The notes: generated from the letters alone by a model not told the origin. DNA of 33,567 nucleotides from Elusimicrobiaceae bacterium (GCA_024405075.1 JAKSPG010000001.1:1-33567), one strand, 5' to 3'. Positions 1 through 8,847 are shown, counted from the first letter of the stretch. Program-made: numbers and translations.

Positions 1-759
1 GGCGCAGTCGCCCACGTTATCGCCAACCAGGTCGGCTACGACGGCTGGGTTGCGCGGGTCATCTTCCGGAATCCCGGCTTCCACTTTGCCCACGAGGTCT
101 GCCCCTACGTCGGCCGCTTTGGTGTAAATACCACCGCCTACGCGCATGAATAGGGCCAGTAACGTACCACCGAAACCAAAGCCCAGTAGGGCATCCGGCG
201 CGGCAATACCAAAGATGATAAAAATAATCGTTCCACCGAACAAGCCAAGTCCGTCGGTGAGCATGCCCGTTACAGTGCCGGCACGGTACGCAATGCGTAA
301 AGCATCGCCAAAGCTGCGTTTAGAAGCAGCCGCTACACGTACGTTAGCGTCTACCGCAATGCGCATCCCCAACTGCCCGACGAGTAATGAAAATACCGCC
401 CCTAAAATAAATGCCCCTGCGCGGCCAAATGCAGCAATGAGTTTGACTTTTTCAGGCGATAGCCCGGCAAAACGTTCCATGGAATCTTGCGAGACGGGCA
501 CAATGTATACCGATAAAAACAGGCAGATAGTTAATAGCCCGATTAACGGCAAAATAGTTTTTAGCTGCCTTTTCAAGTAGGCGTTAGCCCCTTGTTGTAT
601 GGCGCCCCAAACCTTTAACATTTCCGGGGTGCCGGTGTCTTCATTCATGACTTGCTTGCGCAAGAATAACGCATATAACAGCCCCATAACGGCAATCAAC
701 AATACGCCAAACAGCGCATACTGTTCAAAGCACCGCAGGGACGAAATTCCGTACCACAT
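1..759 (-). CDS. hppA: Membrane-bound H+/Na+-translocating pyrophosphatase, N-terminal 253 codons (runs off the left edge)
   Basis: Not in the ORF track; read manually. ATG at 759 with AGGAGA RBS, MWYGISSLRCFEQYALFG..., ending in the family signature GGGIYTKAADVGADLVGKVEAGIPEDDPRNPAVVADLVGDNVGDCA at position 1. Confidence 0.96.
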   Translation of the reverse strand, partial: MWYGISSLRCFEQYALFGVLLIAVMGLLYALFLRKQVMNEDTGTPEMLKVWGAIQQGANAYLKRQLKTILPLIGLLTICLFLSVYIVPVSQDSMERFAGLSPEKVKLIAAFGRAGAFILGAVFSLLVGQLGMRIAVDANVRVAAASKRSFGDALRIAYRAGTVTGMLTDGLGLFGGTIIFIIFGIAAPDALLGFGFGGTLLALFMRVGGGIYTKAADVGADLVGKVEAGIPEDDPRNPAVVADLVGDNVGDCA

Positions 760-902
760 GTTTCTCTCCTTAATTTAAAGATGGTTACAACGACAACTAT
801 ATTATAATAAAATACTGCCTAAAATGCGCGTGGGACTTAAGACCCGGGACACATAGGACTTTAGCACTTGTCGCAAACGAATATCTTTCTTATACTACCA
901 GT

Positions 903-2133
903 ATGAACAAGTGGAAACTGGCAGGAATACTTTTTTGTTTGTGCGGGCTGGGACCGTTGTGTGCCCAGCAAACGCATGAGTATCGCACGGTTTTTTCCGC
1001 GGCGTTGGAAAGGCACCTGGCACAATATCCACAAGTATATGCTACTCCGGGGGTTGGGCGTTTTGAATGGATGAAATCCTACGCACCTTCTAACACCGTG
1101 CGGCAGTCACCACGTGTGCGGGAACAGCTTTTCGGCAAGAAAAAACGGATCCAAGAACAAGTGGAAGCGGTGGCTGTATTTTTATTTAATATGTATATCT
1201 CTGCGGCCGCTTACCGCGAAGATATGCCCGCGCAACTGACGCTAGATTATGTGGGTGCATTGGACGGATTTTTCAAATGTGAAGAAATGATTCCTGTGGA
1301 TAAAGTGCAAGATTTTTATACCCGCCACCGTGAGGAAATTCAAACTCGGCTGACCGAGTTGTTTGCACAGGAGGGGATAGTGGAGTATCAAGTGTCTCCC
1401 CTGATGAATGAAATGCGGGAACGCAGATTTTTGCAGGTGTTGGCTTCGGCCCCGACACATGAAAAATGGCCCGGCTATGTGTGGACGGGAACAACCCGTT
1501 TAACGGCTTTTGCCTATCGCGAAGATACGCGGCAGTTGCGCAGTTTGGTACATCGGAGTTTGGCAGAGTCGTCGCGTAAAGTAATTGTATTTGAAGTTCC
1601 TCACATGGAATTTGAAGATTTAGATAATCCGCTGGCTTTGCCCAGGAATAAAGCGGAGCGGCTGTACCGTTGTGTTAATGACGAATGTGCTTATTGCACA
1701 GTTATTGGTTAGGTAAACGTGTTTGCGAACAGGTAGCTTCGTCTGCTGATTTGGGGGACGAGGTGCGGTTGTATAAAATTGCGGCGTGGCCAACAGATGG
1801 TGGATTTTTGAAACCTGCCACAACAGATAAATTTACCCTGGCCGATGGGGAACAAGCCCCTCCCTGGTTTTATCACACGGCGACGTTGGTTATCCTTAAA
1901 AAAGAGGGTCGTTATATGCCTTTAGTAGTTGACAAATTTTTAGTGGGGGAGGAGCCGATTTTGCTGGAAGAGTGGATTTGCCGTTTCCGGCCGGAAAAAA
2001 CTATTTTATGGTGGAAGTATTTGAACGTAGCAAACAGGTAGAAAAGGTGATAGCGGAACCTAGCTCCCGCCTGGAAAACGATGTAGTGGTAGACGGCGCT
2101 GTGTACCACCCGTACCCTGTTCTTTCCCATTAA
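903..2133 (+). pseudogene. Secreted protein with a C-terminal protein-glutaminase-like domain, interrupted by two apparent frameshifts (or sequencing errors)
   Basis: ORF 903-1712 has a signal peptide. Removing 2 nt at tgcACagt (~1697) joins it to the 1685-2041 frame (..NDECAYC-SYWLGK..). Adding one T at actattttatg (~2005) continues as MVEVFERSK...YPVLSH* to 2133, just before a terminator. Confidence 0.6.
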
Positions 2134-2135
2134 AA

Positions 2136-2160
2136 TACCCCCCCGTTAGCCGGGGGGTTA
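2136..2160. terminator. Hairpin between convergent genes, likely bidirectional terminator
   Basis: C-run/gttagc/G-run stem-loop between the stops at 2133 (+) and 2192 (-). Confidence 0.65.
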
Positions 2161-2191
2161 GTGGTTGTGTGTGACTACAGGATACGTATTT

Positions 2192-2719
2192 TTATTTCTT
2201 CTTACAACCGCAAGCCATGCTGGGTAGAACAAGCTGAAAATCGTTTCCTAAATCTTCCAGCTCTTGTTCGTGTTCAATTTCCTCTTGTAGAATTTGACGG
2301 ATGAGGTGCGAAGTAATCATATCCTTATTAAGCACTTTTTTAAGTAGTTTATTGTATACTTCAATGGCACAGCGTTCACCTTGTAAGTTCTGTTTGAGCA
2401 CGTTGGCGGCGTCGTGATTTTTGGGGACCAGATAGCCGCAGGTGCTCTGCTTGTACCATTCCTCCGGGCTGAGTACCGGCGTGCCGCCCAGTTCAATAAT
2501 GCGTTTGGCCAATTTTTTGGCATGGTCCAATTCTTCGTTGGCGTGTTCTTCCAGTTCCGGGCGTAAGGACGGGGCCATAAGCCCACTGGCTACTTGCGCG
2601 CCTGCCCAGTATTGATAATAGGCCAGCCACTCGTCGCTAAATGCTTGGTTTAGCAATTGGATAACTTCTTCCACATCCAACCCGGCCTGTGCTACAATTT
2701 TCCGTCCCGTCATTCCCAT
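2192..2719 (-). CDS. Ferritin-like protein (DPSL / bacterioferritin-related)
   Basis: Di-iron carboxylate motifs DEWLAYYQYW, EELDHA, GERCAI, EEIEHE; RIIELGGTP. Confidence 0.88.
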   Translation of the reverse strand: MGMTGRKIVAQAGLDVEEVIQLLNQAFSDEWLAYYQYWAGAQVASGLMAPSLRPELEEHANEELDHAKKLAKRIIELGGTPVLSPEEWYKQSTCGYLVPKNHDAANVLKQNLQGERCAIEVYNKLLKKVLNKDMITSHLIRQILQEEIEHEQELEDLGNDFQLVLPSMACGCKKK

Positions 2720-2824
2720 AACTACCCCCCTAATACAAACGAATTTGATGCGGGGCCATGAACCGCCGCAACCATAGTATACTAATTCATTTATATACTT
2801 TCCGGCCCGAAAAAGGGTTAGAAA

Positions 2825-3304
2825 TTACGGTAACAGGTAGTCGTTCCAGGCTCCGCCGCTTGAATAGTATTTCCCGCCGACAGATTTACAAATTTTCTGA
2901 TGATTTTTGTTAAAGGCGCGACAGAACTTCCCTTTGCGAAACGAGTAATATACATATAGCCAGGTGGGGGCGGAAGAATCTGCTTGGTAGTTGCACATAA
3001 TTTCTTCGTTTGAACCGTTGAACCGGCATAATACATTTCCGATGGTCAGTTGGGTTTTGGATGCGTTTAGTTGGCCGCCTGGCAAAATGTCCAATGCTTC
3101 CAAATCTGTGGTGTTATACACACCATTAGCCAAATAATATGCCTCTTGACTTTTGGCGATACCGTCTCCAATGACCTGCAATTGTACAAAGCGGCTTTTG
3201 GCAACGGCTTTTTGGTATTGCGGCAATGCCACCGCCGCCAAGATGCCGATGATAAGCACAACAACTAATAATTCAATGAGCGTAAATGCATGATTGTTTT
3301 CCAT
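2825..3304 (-). CDS. Type IV pilin-like (PilE-like) protein
   Basis: N-methylation motif HA|[28 protein letters not shown]; Cys-containing variable C-terminus. Confidence 0.92.
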   Translation of the reverse strand: MENNHAFTLIELLVVVLIIGILAAVALPQYQKAVAKSRFVQLQVIGDGIAKSQEAYYLANGVYNTTDLEALDILPGGQLNASKTQLTIGNVLCRFNGSNEEIMCNYQADSSAPTWLYVYYSFRKGKFCRAFNKNHQKICKSVGGKYYSSGGAWNDYLLP

Positions 3305-3340
3305 ATGATTTATCCGCTTATTATTTTTTGCCGATACTTT

Positions 3341-3368
3341 ATTATCGTTTTTTTTTTTGATATGTCAA
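3341..3368 (-). promoter_or_regulatory. Sigma70-type promoter of pilin 2825-3304 with an A11 tract in the spacer
   Basis: Minus strand: TTGACA (3368-3363), 16-bp spacer containing A11 (3358-3348), GATAAT (3346-3341). Confidence 0.6.
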
Positions 3369-3455
3369 GCAAAATTTGGCAGGTTGAAGAAAATACTGCG
3401 TCACTTACTGGAATAAAAATAGGCAAGGAGAGGAGAAAATTAAGGTTCGGGCATG

Positions 3456-3480
3456 AAAAAACCCTCTTAAAGGAGGGTTT
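3456..3480 (-). terminator. Intrinsic terminator at the left boundary of the cassette array
   Basis: aaaccctc-ttaaag-gagggttt hairpin with a U-run on the minus strand; same layout as the tRNA terminator at 24187-24221. Confidence 0.7.
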
Positions 3481-3482
3481 CA

Positions 3483-3523
3483 AAATTCACACGGTGAGTG
3501 TAGTTCGGGTGGCTAAATGCTTA
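3483..3523 (+). repeat. Junction J0: right-arm-only half copy of the cassette repeat (attR-like)
   Basis: acacggtgagtgtagttcgggtggctaaatgctta aligns without gaps to J4 atacggagtgcgtagtttgggtagcaggatgctaa. Its left side (aaattcacacgg) matches the tRNA flank (aaattcatacgg), not the repeat's left arm. Confidence 0.72.
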
Positions 3524-4471
3524 TTCTTTTGCTCCGTAAGATTTGAGAAGTTGAACTATTTCTTCATTTTTGGTTAATTGCAGGATGGTTTTACCTTCTT
3601 CATCAGTTGTATTGGGTTCAGCCCCAGCGGCCAATAATGCTTCAACAGCTTCTGCATCAGGCATAAAAACTGACACCCACCACAAAGCAGAATATCCTTC
3701 TTGTTTATGTTTGACATTTGGGTCTGCTCCGGCTGCCAACAATGCTTTTACTATTTCCGCTGTATCGCCTGCATTGTATTCATTCGGATATAAAAGAGCC
3801 TCAGAAATAGCTTCTTTATCACTTATTCCGGATGCTAACAACGTTTTAACTACTTCTGTAAATCCTAAATTGCTGGCTTCTTTAAGTGCACGTCCGTTTG
3901 CGGTTGCTCCCGCATTTAACAAAAGTTCCATAACTTCACTTATATCCTTATCTGATTCCTCAGCGGAATTGTCTGAATATAACACTTTATCCACTATGAT
4001 TTGTTCTAATTCTTCTTTTGAAACGTCAATGCCCGCATCTAATAAAACCTTTACAGCATATTGATTTTTATCCCGGCACGCTTCTAAAAAAGCCTCTTTT
4101 AGCTTTTGCTGAGTAACATTTTTGCCAGAAGAGGTTATCCACTTTTTAAGTTCACGGGCTTCTTCTTTATGTTCTTCGCTGAGTAGGGTATGCCAAGGAA
4201 AGGGTTTCCCGTTTTCATCTACTGGTAGCATATTTCCTTTTCCTTCCTTGATTTGTTTAATCATAGGGGCTTTTAAGTCGGCATCTATTCTGTTTTTTAA
4301 TTCAGTAATATTATTTGGGACAACTGTTTTTTCTGTTTCAGCAACCTGTGTTGGACTGGACAGGTTTATTCCCTGTTTTGCTTTATCAAAGGTAATACCT
4401 TCAGTATCTTTATCTGTATTGCACGCTGACAAAGTTAATAAAATGATACTACCTAATAAAAATTTACGCAT
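3521..4471 (-). CDS. Ankyrin-repeat lipoprotein
   Basis: Start re-set to ATG 4471 (GAGG RBS; MRKFLLGSIILLTLSA|C lipobox). Ankyrin motifs VKVLLDAG, VKALLAAGADPN, GYSALWW, LLAAGAEPN, GKTIL. Confidence 0.88.
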   Translation of the reverse strand: MRKFLLGSIILLTLSACNTDKDTEGITFDKAKQGINLSSPTQVAETEKTVVPNNITELKNRIDADLKAPMIKQIKEGKGNMLPVDENGKPFPWHTLLSEEHKEEARELKKWITSSGKNVTQQKLKEAFLEACRDKNQYAVKVLLDAGIDVSKEELEQIIVDKVLYSDNSAEESDKDISEVMELLLNAGATANGRALKEASNLGFTEVVKTLLASGISDKEAISEALLYPNEYNAGDTAEIVKALLAAGADPNVKHKQEGYSALWWVSVFMPDAEAVEALLAAGAEPNTTDEEGKTILQLTKNEEIVQLLKSYGAKE

Positions 4472-4521
4472 AAGGTTCCTCTCATCTGATATATTCCTAT
4501 TATAAAACATTTTACTTCGTA

Positions 4522-4719
4522 CTTGCACGACTTCCTACCCAACCTGGTCAGCATAAAACGGGAATATTTACCAAAACGCGCCTAAACCCACCAAAATTCC
4601 CCTACTATCAGTGGTTCATAAAAAAATCCCCGTCGGGAGTTAATCCTAACGGGGATTTATGCTGAAAATTGAAAACTAAAATACGGAGGTTGTAGTTTCC
4701 CTAGCACTATGCTGATTTT
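4522..4719 (+). repeat. Junction J1: full ~200-bp cassette repeat
   Basis: gcacgacttcctacc...gtcagcataaaa...aaaaaatccccgtcgg-loop-aacggggatttatgctgaaaattgaaaactaaaatacggag..tagttt..ctagcactatgctgatttt. Confidence 0.95.
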
Positions 4720-4763
4720 CAAGCAACTAGAACAAGGAGTAGTTTTTTTGTTAAGATAAAGCT

Positions 4764-6083
4764 ATGAAACAAGAGACGAAAGCATTATGCCCCATATGTT
4801 TAAAGACAATTCCCGCTATTAAAGTACAACGGGGAAGTGAAGTGTGGTTGGAAAAAACTTGCCCCGAACACGGCTCCTTTTTGGTACAGATTGCCAAGGA
4901 TGCCGAGCGTTTTTTTGATAAAACATACGATGTAGAAGGCAAACCGTTTCAAGCCATTACTCCGTTTAACGGTAATTGCGGCCCGGATTGTGGTTGGTGC
5001 GATGCGCACAAACAACATATTTGTACAGGGCTAATTGAAATTACAGAGGCGTGTAATTTGGCGTGTCCTATTTGCTATTTTGGCAAAAAGTCCACGCAAC
5101 ATATTACCGTAGAGGAATTTAAAGTCCGGTTGCAAACGCTGCTTACCGCGGAACAGGGCCACTTGGACGTGCTTCAAATCAGCGGTGGCGAATGCTTGAT
5201 TCACCCACAATTCAAAGAGATTTTGCAAGAATCCTTGCACGCGGATATCGGACGGATTTTGGTCAATACAAATGGTTTAAGATTGCTTACTGATACAGAT
5301 ACCTTTGATTTAATTAAGCAGCATAAAGACCGGGTAGAAATTTATTTGCAGTTTGATGGATTTGATGATGAAGTATATAAAACCCTGCGCGGAAAATCCT
5401 TGTTAACACAAAAACAAGAAATTCTAAAACAATTAAACGTGGCCGAGATAAAAACTTGTTTAGCGGTTACCGTTTATCAAGAAAACTTAAAAGAAATTCC
5501 GGCCATTTTGAAATTGGCGGTTGAATTAAAACATATTTCCGGCATTACATTTCAGCGTTTAACTAAAGTGGGCAGTGCAGCGGGAACGGAAATCCCGTCG
5601 GTTATGCAAGAAGATATTTTGCTAGCAATTGCTAATAGCGGATACATGAAATATAAAGATTTAATTCCTTTGCCGTGTTCGCATGAAAATTGCACCAGTT
5701 TGGGTTTTTTGTTTTGCCAAGGCGATAAAGTATATTCTTTGGGAGATTATATAGACTATTCAAAATGCAAGACCCAACTTTCCAACCGCATTGCGTTTGA
5801 TAAAACGATTTTAGACTATATGCAAAAGAACGTTTGCAAATGTTTTGTGGGGAAAGTACTGGGCGATAATTTTATGTTGGACAAATTGCAAGAATTTGCT
5901 CAAGGGAACGGCTCTTCTTACAAAGACATGAAAATCGTGCGCATTATTGTCAAGAATTTTATGGATGCAGACACATTTGATTGGCAACGTGCCCAGAAAT
6001 GTTGTACAGGAGTAAGCGTTGGGAACGGAAAAGTAATCCCATTTTGTGTACATAACGTATTAAAAGGAAAAATAATATGGTAG
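4764..6083 (+). CDS. Radical SAM protein (family with N-terminal CPxC...CPEHG; MoaA-like superfamily)
   Basis: CxxxCxxC = CNLACPIC; SGGEC; NTNG; C-terminal CC...IPFC. Confidence 0.92.
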   Translation: MKQETKALCPICLKTIPAIKVQRGSEVWLEKTCPEHGSFLVQIAKDAERFFDKTYDVEGKPFQAITPFNGNCGPDCGWCDAHKQHICTGLIEITEACNLACPICYFGKKSTQHITVEEFKVRLQTLLTAEQGHLDVLQISGGECLIHPQFKEILQESLHADIGRILVNTNGLRLLTDTDTFDLIKQHKDRVEIYLQFDGFDDEVYKTLRGKSLLTQKQEILKQLNVAEIKTCLAVTVYQENLKEIPAILKLAVELKHISGITFQRLTKVGSAAGTEIPSVMQEDILLAIANSGYMKYKDLIPLPCSHENCTSLGFLFCQGDKVYSLGDYIDYSKCKTQLSNRIAFDKTILDYMQKNVCKCFVGKVLGDNFMLDKLQEFAQGNGSSYKDMKIVRIIVKNFMDADTFDWQRAQKCCTGVSVGNGKVIPFCVHNVLKGKIIW

Positions 6084-6295
6084 AAGAAAACACATCTCAA
6101 ACACCCCAAGAAATTACGCAACAACCTTTACCTCCAACTTCTAATTTGTCGGCTGGCCAAACCGAAAAAGTGGGAAAACCTTATTCTGCTAAAAAACAGA
6201 TTGGAATTGTGCTACTTATTTTGTTGGGAGTAGTAATTGGGTTGCCCTTTTTATTATTTATGACTTGCTTGGGTATAGCCGCTATTACAGGTTAA
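6077..6295 (+). CDS. Small single-TM protein with a Cys near the C-terminus
   Basis: Overlaps the rSAM stop; AAAGGA RBS; P/Q/T-rich N-terminus, hydrophobic helix, ending LLFMTCLGIAAITG. Confidence 0.7.
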   Translation: MVEENTSQTPQEITQQPLPPTSNLSAGQTEKVGKPYSAKKQIGIVLLILLGVVIGLPFLLFMTCLGIAAITG

Positions 6296-6303
6296 TACTT
6301 ACT

Positions 6304-6939
6304 ATGTGGGCTTACGCGATTTGTTCTGCTATTGGTTTGATTGCCGGGGGGATAGTGGCATGGAAATTACAAATGCCGCATCCTCCGCAACGGGTACGCT
6401 TGCCCATTTATGTATGCGCTTTTATCGGGGCTATTTTAGGAGCCAAAATACCCATTTGGCTTTCTTATGGTTTGCACGGTTATATTGTGCAAGGTAAAAG
6501 CGTTATGGGCGGTATATTAGGCGCGTTTCTAGCAATTAACTTGTACAAAACATGTAGCGGCAACGCGGGCGGTTTTGGCGGCCGGTTTGTAATTCCACTG
6601 GCCGTGGCGGTTGGTTTTGGAAAAATCGGATGCTACTTAAACGGTTGTTGTGGCGGAACACTTTTTATTCCTGTGCAACTAGTAGAAAGTATATTCCAGT
6701 TTAGTATGGCAGTCGGTTTATATTTTTTCTACCGGCGTACACAACGGCCGGATTTGTTGTTCCCCATCTATTTGTTTGCCTATTTGTTGATGCGTTTGGT
6801 GATTGAATTTTGGCGGATAGAACCCCGTGTATGGAGTAATTTTACGGTGTACCAATGGCTGGCAGTTGCTTTTATCCCAGTATGTATTTTAATTCTTTGG
6901 AGGCGTACGCATGATAACATGGTTACTGCGGACAAGTGA
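6304..6939 (+). CDS. Prolipoprotein diacylglyceryl transferase (Lgt)-family protein, divergent
   Basis: GAILGAK, GKSVMGGILG, GKIGCYLNGCCGG, PVQLVE, RLVIEFWR correspond to Lgt-family motifs; ATG 6304 preferred over TTG 6265. Confidence 0.85.
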   Translation: MWAYAICSAIGLIAGGIVAWKLQMPHPPQRVRLPIYVCAFIGAILGAKIPIWLSYGLHGYIVQGKSVMGGILGAFLAINLYKTCSGNAGGFGGRFVIPLAVAVGFGKIGCYLNGCCGGTLFIPVQLVESIFQFSMAVGLYFFYRRTQRPDLLFPIYLFAYLLMRLVIEFWRIEPRVWSNFTVYQWLAVAFIPVCILILWRRTHDNMVTADK

Positions 6940-7894
6940 GCATGCTCAAAATCCTATTCTTTTTCTAATTGGAATTATACTTGTTTATGTAACGGGTGTC
7001 GCGCTTTTGGCGGCCGTTGTATGGAAATTTTATGAGTATCGCCAAATCTCCCAAAAACTGGACAAACAACGGAGTCACTTTTTTTCTACGCGAGAGATGT
7101 TGTTGTTAGTGTTGTTGCTTTTCCCATGTTGGATTGGCTCTTGGGGACAAGTAGCCCTACCGTTAATTCCTTATTATTTCTTCTTTGTATTGGGCAGTAT
7201 TGGGCTTTTATTTGCGACCGGATGGCATTTGTGGGCAAAACTGAATATCGGACACTTATGGTCCGATGGAATAGAAATTAAACAAAACCATCCCTTACGT
7301 ACCACAGGGGCTTATGCGTTGGCGCGCCACCCGATGTATGCATCTTTGTTGCTTTGGTGTTGGTGCGGAAGTTTGATAATGTCCAATGCTCTTACATTAG
7401 TGCTAGTGAGTGCGCTATTTTTACCTTTGATGGTTCATCGTGCCAAAGCAGAAGAACAGTGGCTGTTGCAAAAAAATCCGGACTATGCGTTGTACCGAAA
7501 TAATGTGCGGATGATGAGTGTTACATTGTCGGGTGGGTGGAGTGTGGCAGTACGGTTGGTATTAGCACTTGCTTTATGTTGTTTTACGGCAACAAATCAA
7601 ATTACACTGACCGTTTTGGGGGGCCTAGTATTTATTCACTTGTATTTAGGATATAGTCTAAAGCCGGAAAAAACGGCGTTTTCGTACCGTTCCAAATCGG
7701 GCATGATGACGGTATTTGGGCTATTGGGGTTATATATACACCCGGCTTTTTTCTATTTTTTTTATGTAATCGTTGCCATGTGTTTATATGGATTAAAATG
7801 GAATTGTCCGTGCATGTGGGTGTATGAGAAATACCACGGCTGTCCTTGTTTTATGCTAATAAAACAATGCCGGCTCAGCCTAGCAAAAAAGTAA
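6911..7894 (+). CDS. Isoprenylcysteine carboxylmethyltransferase / PEMT-family membrane methyltransferase with a C-terminal extension
   Basis: HPLRTTGAYALARHPMY and RAKAEEQWL..DYALYR motifs; multi-TM; Cys-rich tail. Confidence 0.82.
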   Translation: MITWLLRTSEHAQNPILFLIGIILVYVTGVALLAAVVWKFYEYRQISQKLDKQRSHFFSTREMLLLVLLLFPCWIGSWGQVALPLIPYYFFFVLGSIGLLFATGWHLWAKLNIGHLWSDGIEIKQNHPLRTTGAYALARHPMYASLLLWCWCGSLIMSNALTLVLVSALFLPLMVHRAKAEEQWLLQKNPDYALYRNNVRMMSVTLSGGWSVAVRLVLALALCCFTATNQITLTVLGGLVFIHLYLGYSLKPEKTAFSYRSKSGMMTVFGLLGLYIHPAFFYFFYVIVAMCLYGLKWNCPCMWVYEKYHGCPCFMLIKQCRLSLAKK

Positions 7895-7920
7895 TAAGCA
7901 ACAAAATACTTAAGAATGTT

Positions 7921-8118
7921 CTTGCGCGACTTCCTACCCAGTCCCGTCAGCATAAAAAGAGAATATTTACCAAAAAGCACGAAAACCCACCAAAATTCCC
8001 CTACTATCAGTGGCGCATAAAAAAATCCCCGTCGGAGCGAAACTCTAACGGGGATATATGCTTAAAATCTAAAACTAAAATACGGTGGGGGTAGTTTTGC
8101 TAGCACTATGCTGATTTT
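7921..8118 (+). repeat. Junction J2: full cassette repeat
   Basis: Colinear with J1; core aaaactaaaatacggtgggggtagttttgctagcactatgctgatttt. Confidence 0.95.
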
Positions 8119-8179
8119 AAAACAGGCAATAAACAGGCAGAAAATGGCACTTTTTCCTTTCAAAAACAGAAATAGTTTT

Positions 8180-8797
8180 TTATAATGAACAAGCATATTC
8201 TCCGCTCCCTGAATAGGCACTCGGGTTATTACATAATGCTTGGCAAAGTGCCACTTTTTTAGCGGTAACACTCATGGAAGGGACTTTGCACTGACACGAC
8301 TGTGTTGGAGACAAATCACACTGTAACCATATCGTGGTGCCATAATTATAATAGCCGACATATCTGTTAGCGGGTCTGTAATATAAGTACCATTTGGGAG
8401 GAAGCGGAGGGATATCAATATCTAACACACTGCTTAATACGGAAGGGTCTGAAAGATTTTCAAGATTGGCGGGTGGATATTCACCCGAGGCCAACTTGTA
8501 CTGTTCTAACGCGCTGTAAATTTTTTTAATATTCCAAACCATTTGTGAGTATTTAACTTTATCTACGGTTTTTTGATATTGCGGCACGGCCACGGCGGCC
8601 AAAATGCCAATGATCAGCACGACTACCAACAGTTCTATCAGGGTAAAACCGGAGCGAAGCGGAGCCCTGAAAGTGCTTTTATTCAGGGCCTCTTTCTCAA
8701 TCCTAGAATAACTGGATACTAAAACACGTTCCGCATAATTATTTTCGTTTACAACATTTTGCGTATAACTGCGCCCAGTATTTTTTGTATACGTCAT
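8180..8797 (-). CDS. Type IV pilin-like protein with an unusually long (~50 aa) leader
   Basis: SG|[26 protein letters not shown]; ATG 8797 follows GGAGG RBS (8810-8806). Confidence 0.9.
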   Translation of the reverse strand: MTYTKNTGRSYTQNVVNENNYAERVLVSSYSRIEKEALNKSTFRAPLRSGFTLIELLVVVLIIGILAAVAVPQYQKTVDKVKYSQMVWNIKKIYSALEQYKLASGEYPPANLENLSDPSVLSSVLDIDIPPLPPKWYLYYRPANRYVGYYNYGTTIWLQCDLSPTQSCQCKVPSMSVTAKKVALCQALCNNPSAYSGSGEYACSL

Positions 8798-8847
8798 AAT
8801 TATAACCTCCATTTATTTTTATTTAATTTACTTCAAATTTTCCTAAT

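Noticed and set aside
146-580. 144-aa plus-strand ORF
   Set aside because: Antisense shadow of hppA; the same applies to most short ORFs nested opposite long genes (e.g. 3570-4064, 14089-14655).
4472-4528. N-terminal extension of the ankyrin ORF (also the extensions on Fic, Aas, adenylate-forming enzyme and REC-GGDEF)
   Set aside because: Downstream ATGs have RBSs or stop/start overlaps; the extensions overlap a junction, operator or neighbouring gene.
7762-8271. ORFs 7762-7980, 7846-8094 and 8062-8271
   Set aside because: They run through junction J2 or overlap real genes; the reading frames are not evident in the other repeat copies.
2825-8812. Pilin shufflon or diversity-generating retroelement
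   Set aside because: No inverted recombination sites within pilin genes, no silent partial copies, no reverse transcriptase and no TR/VR pair seen.
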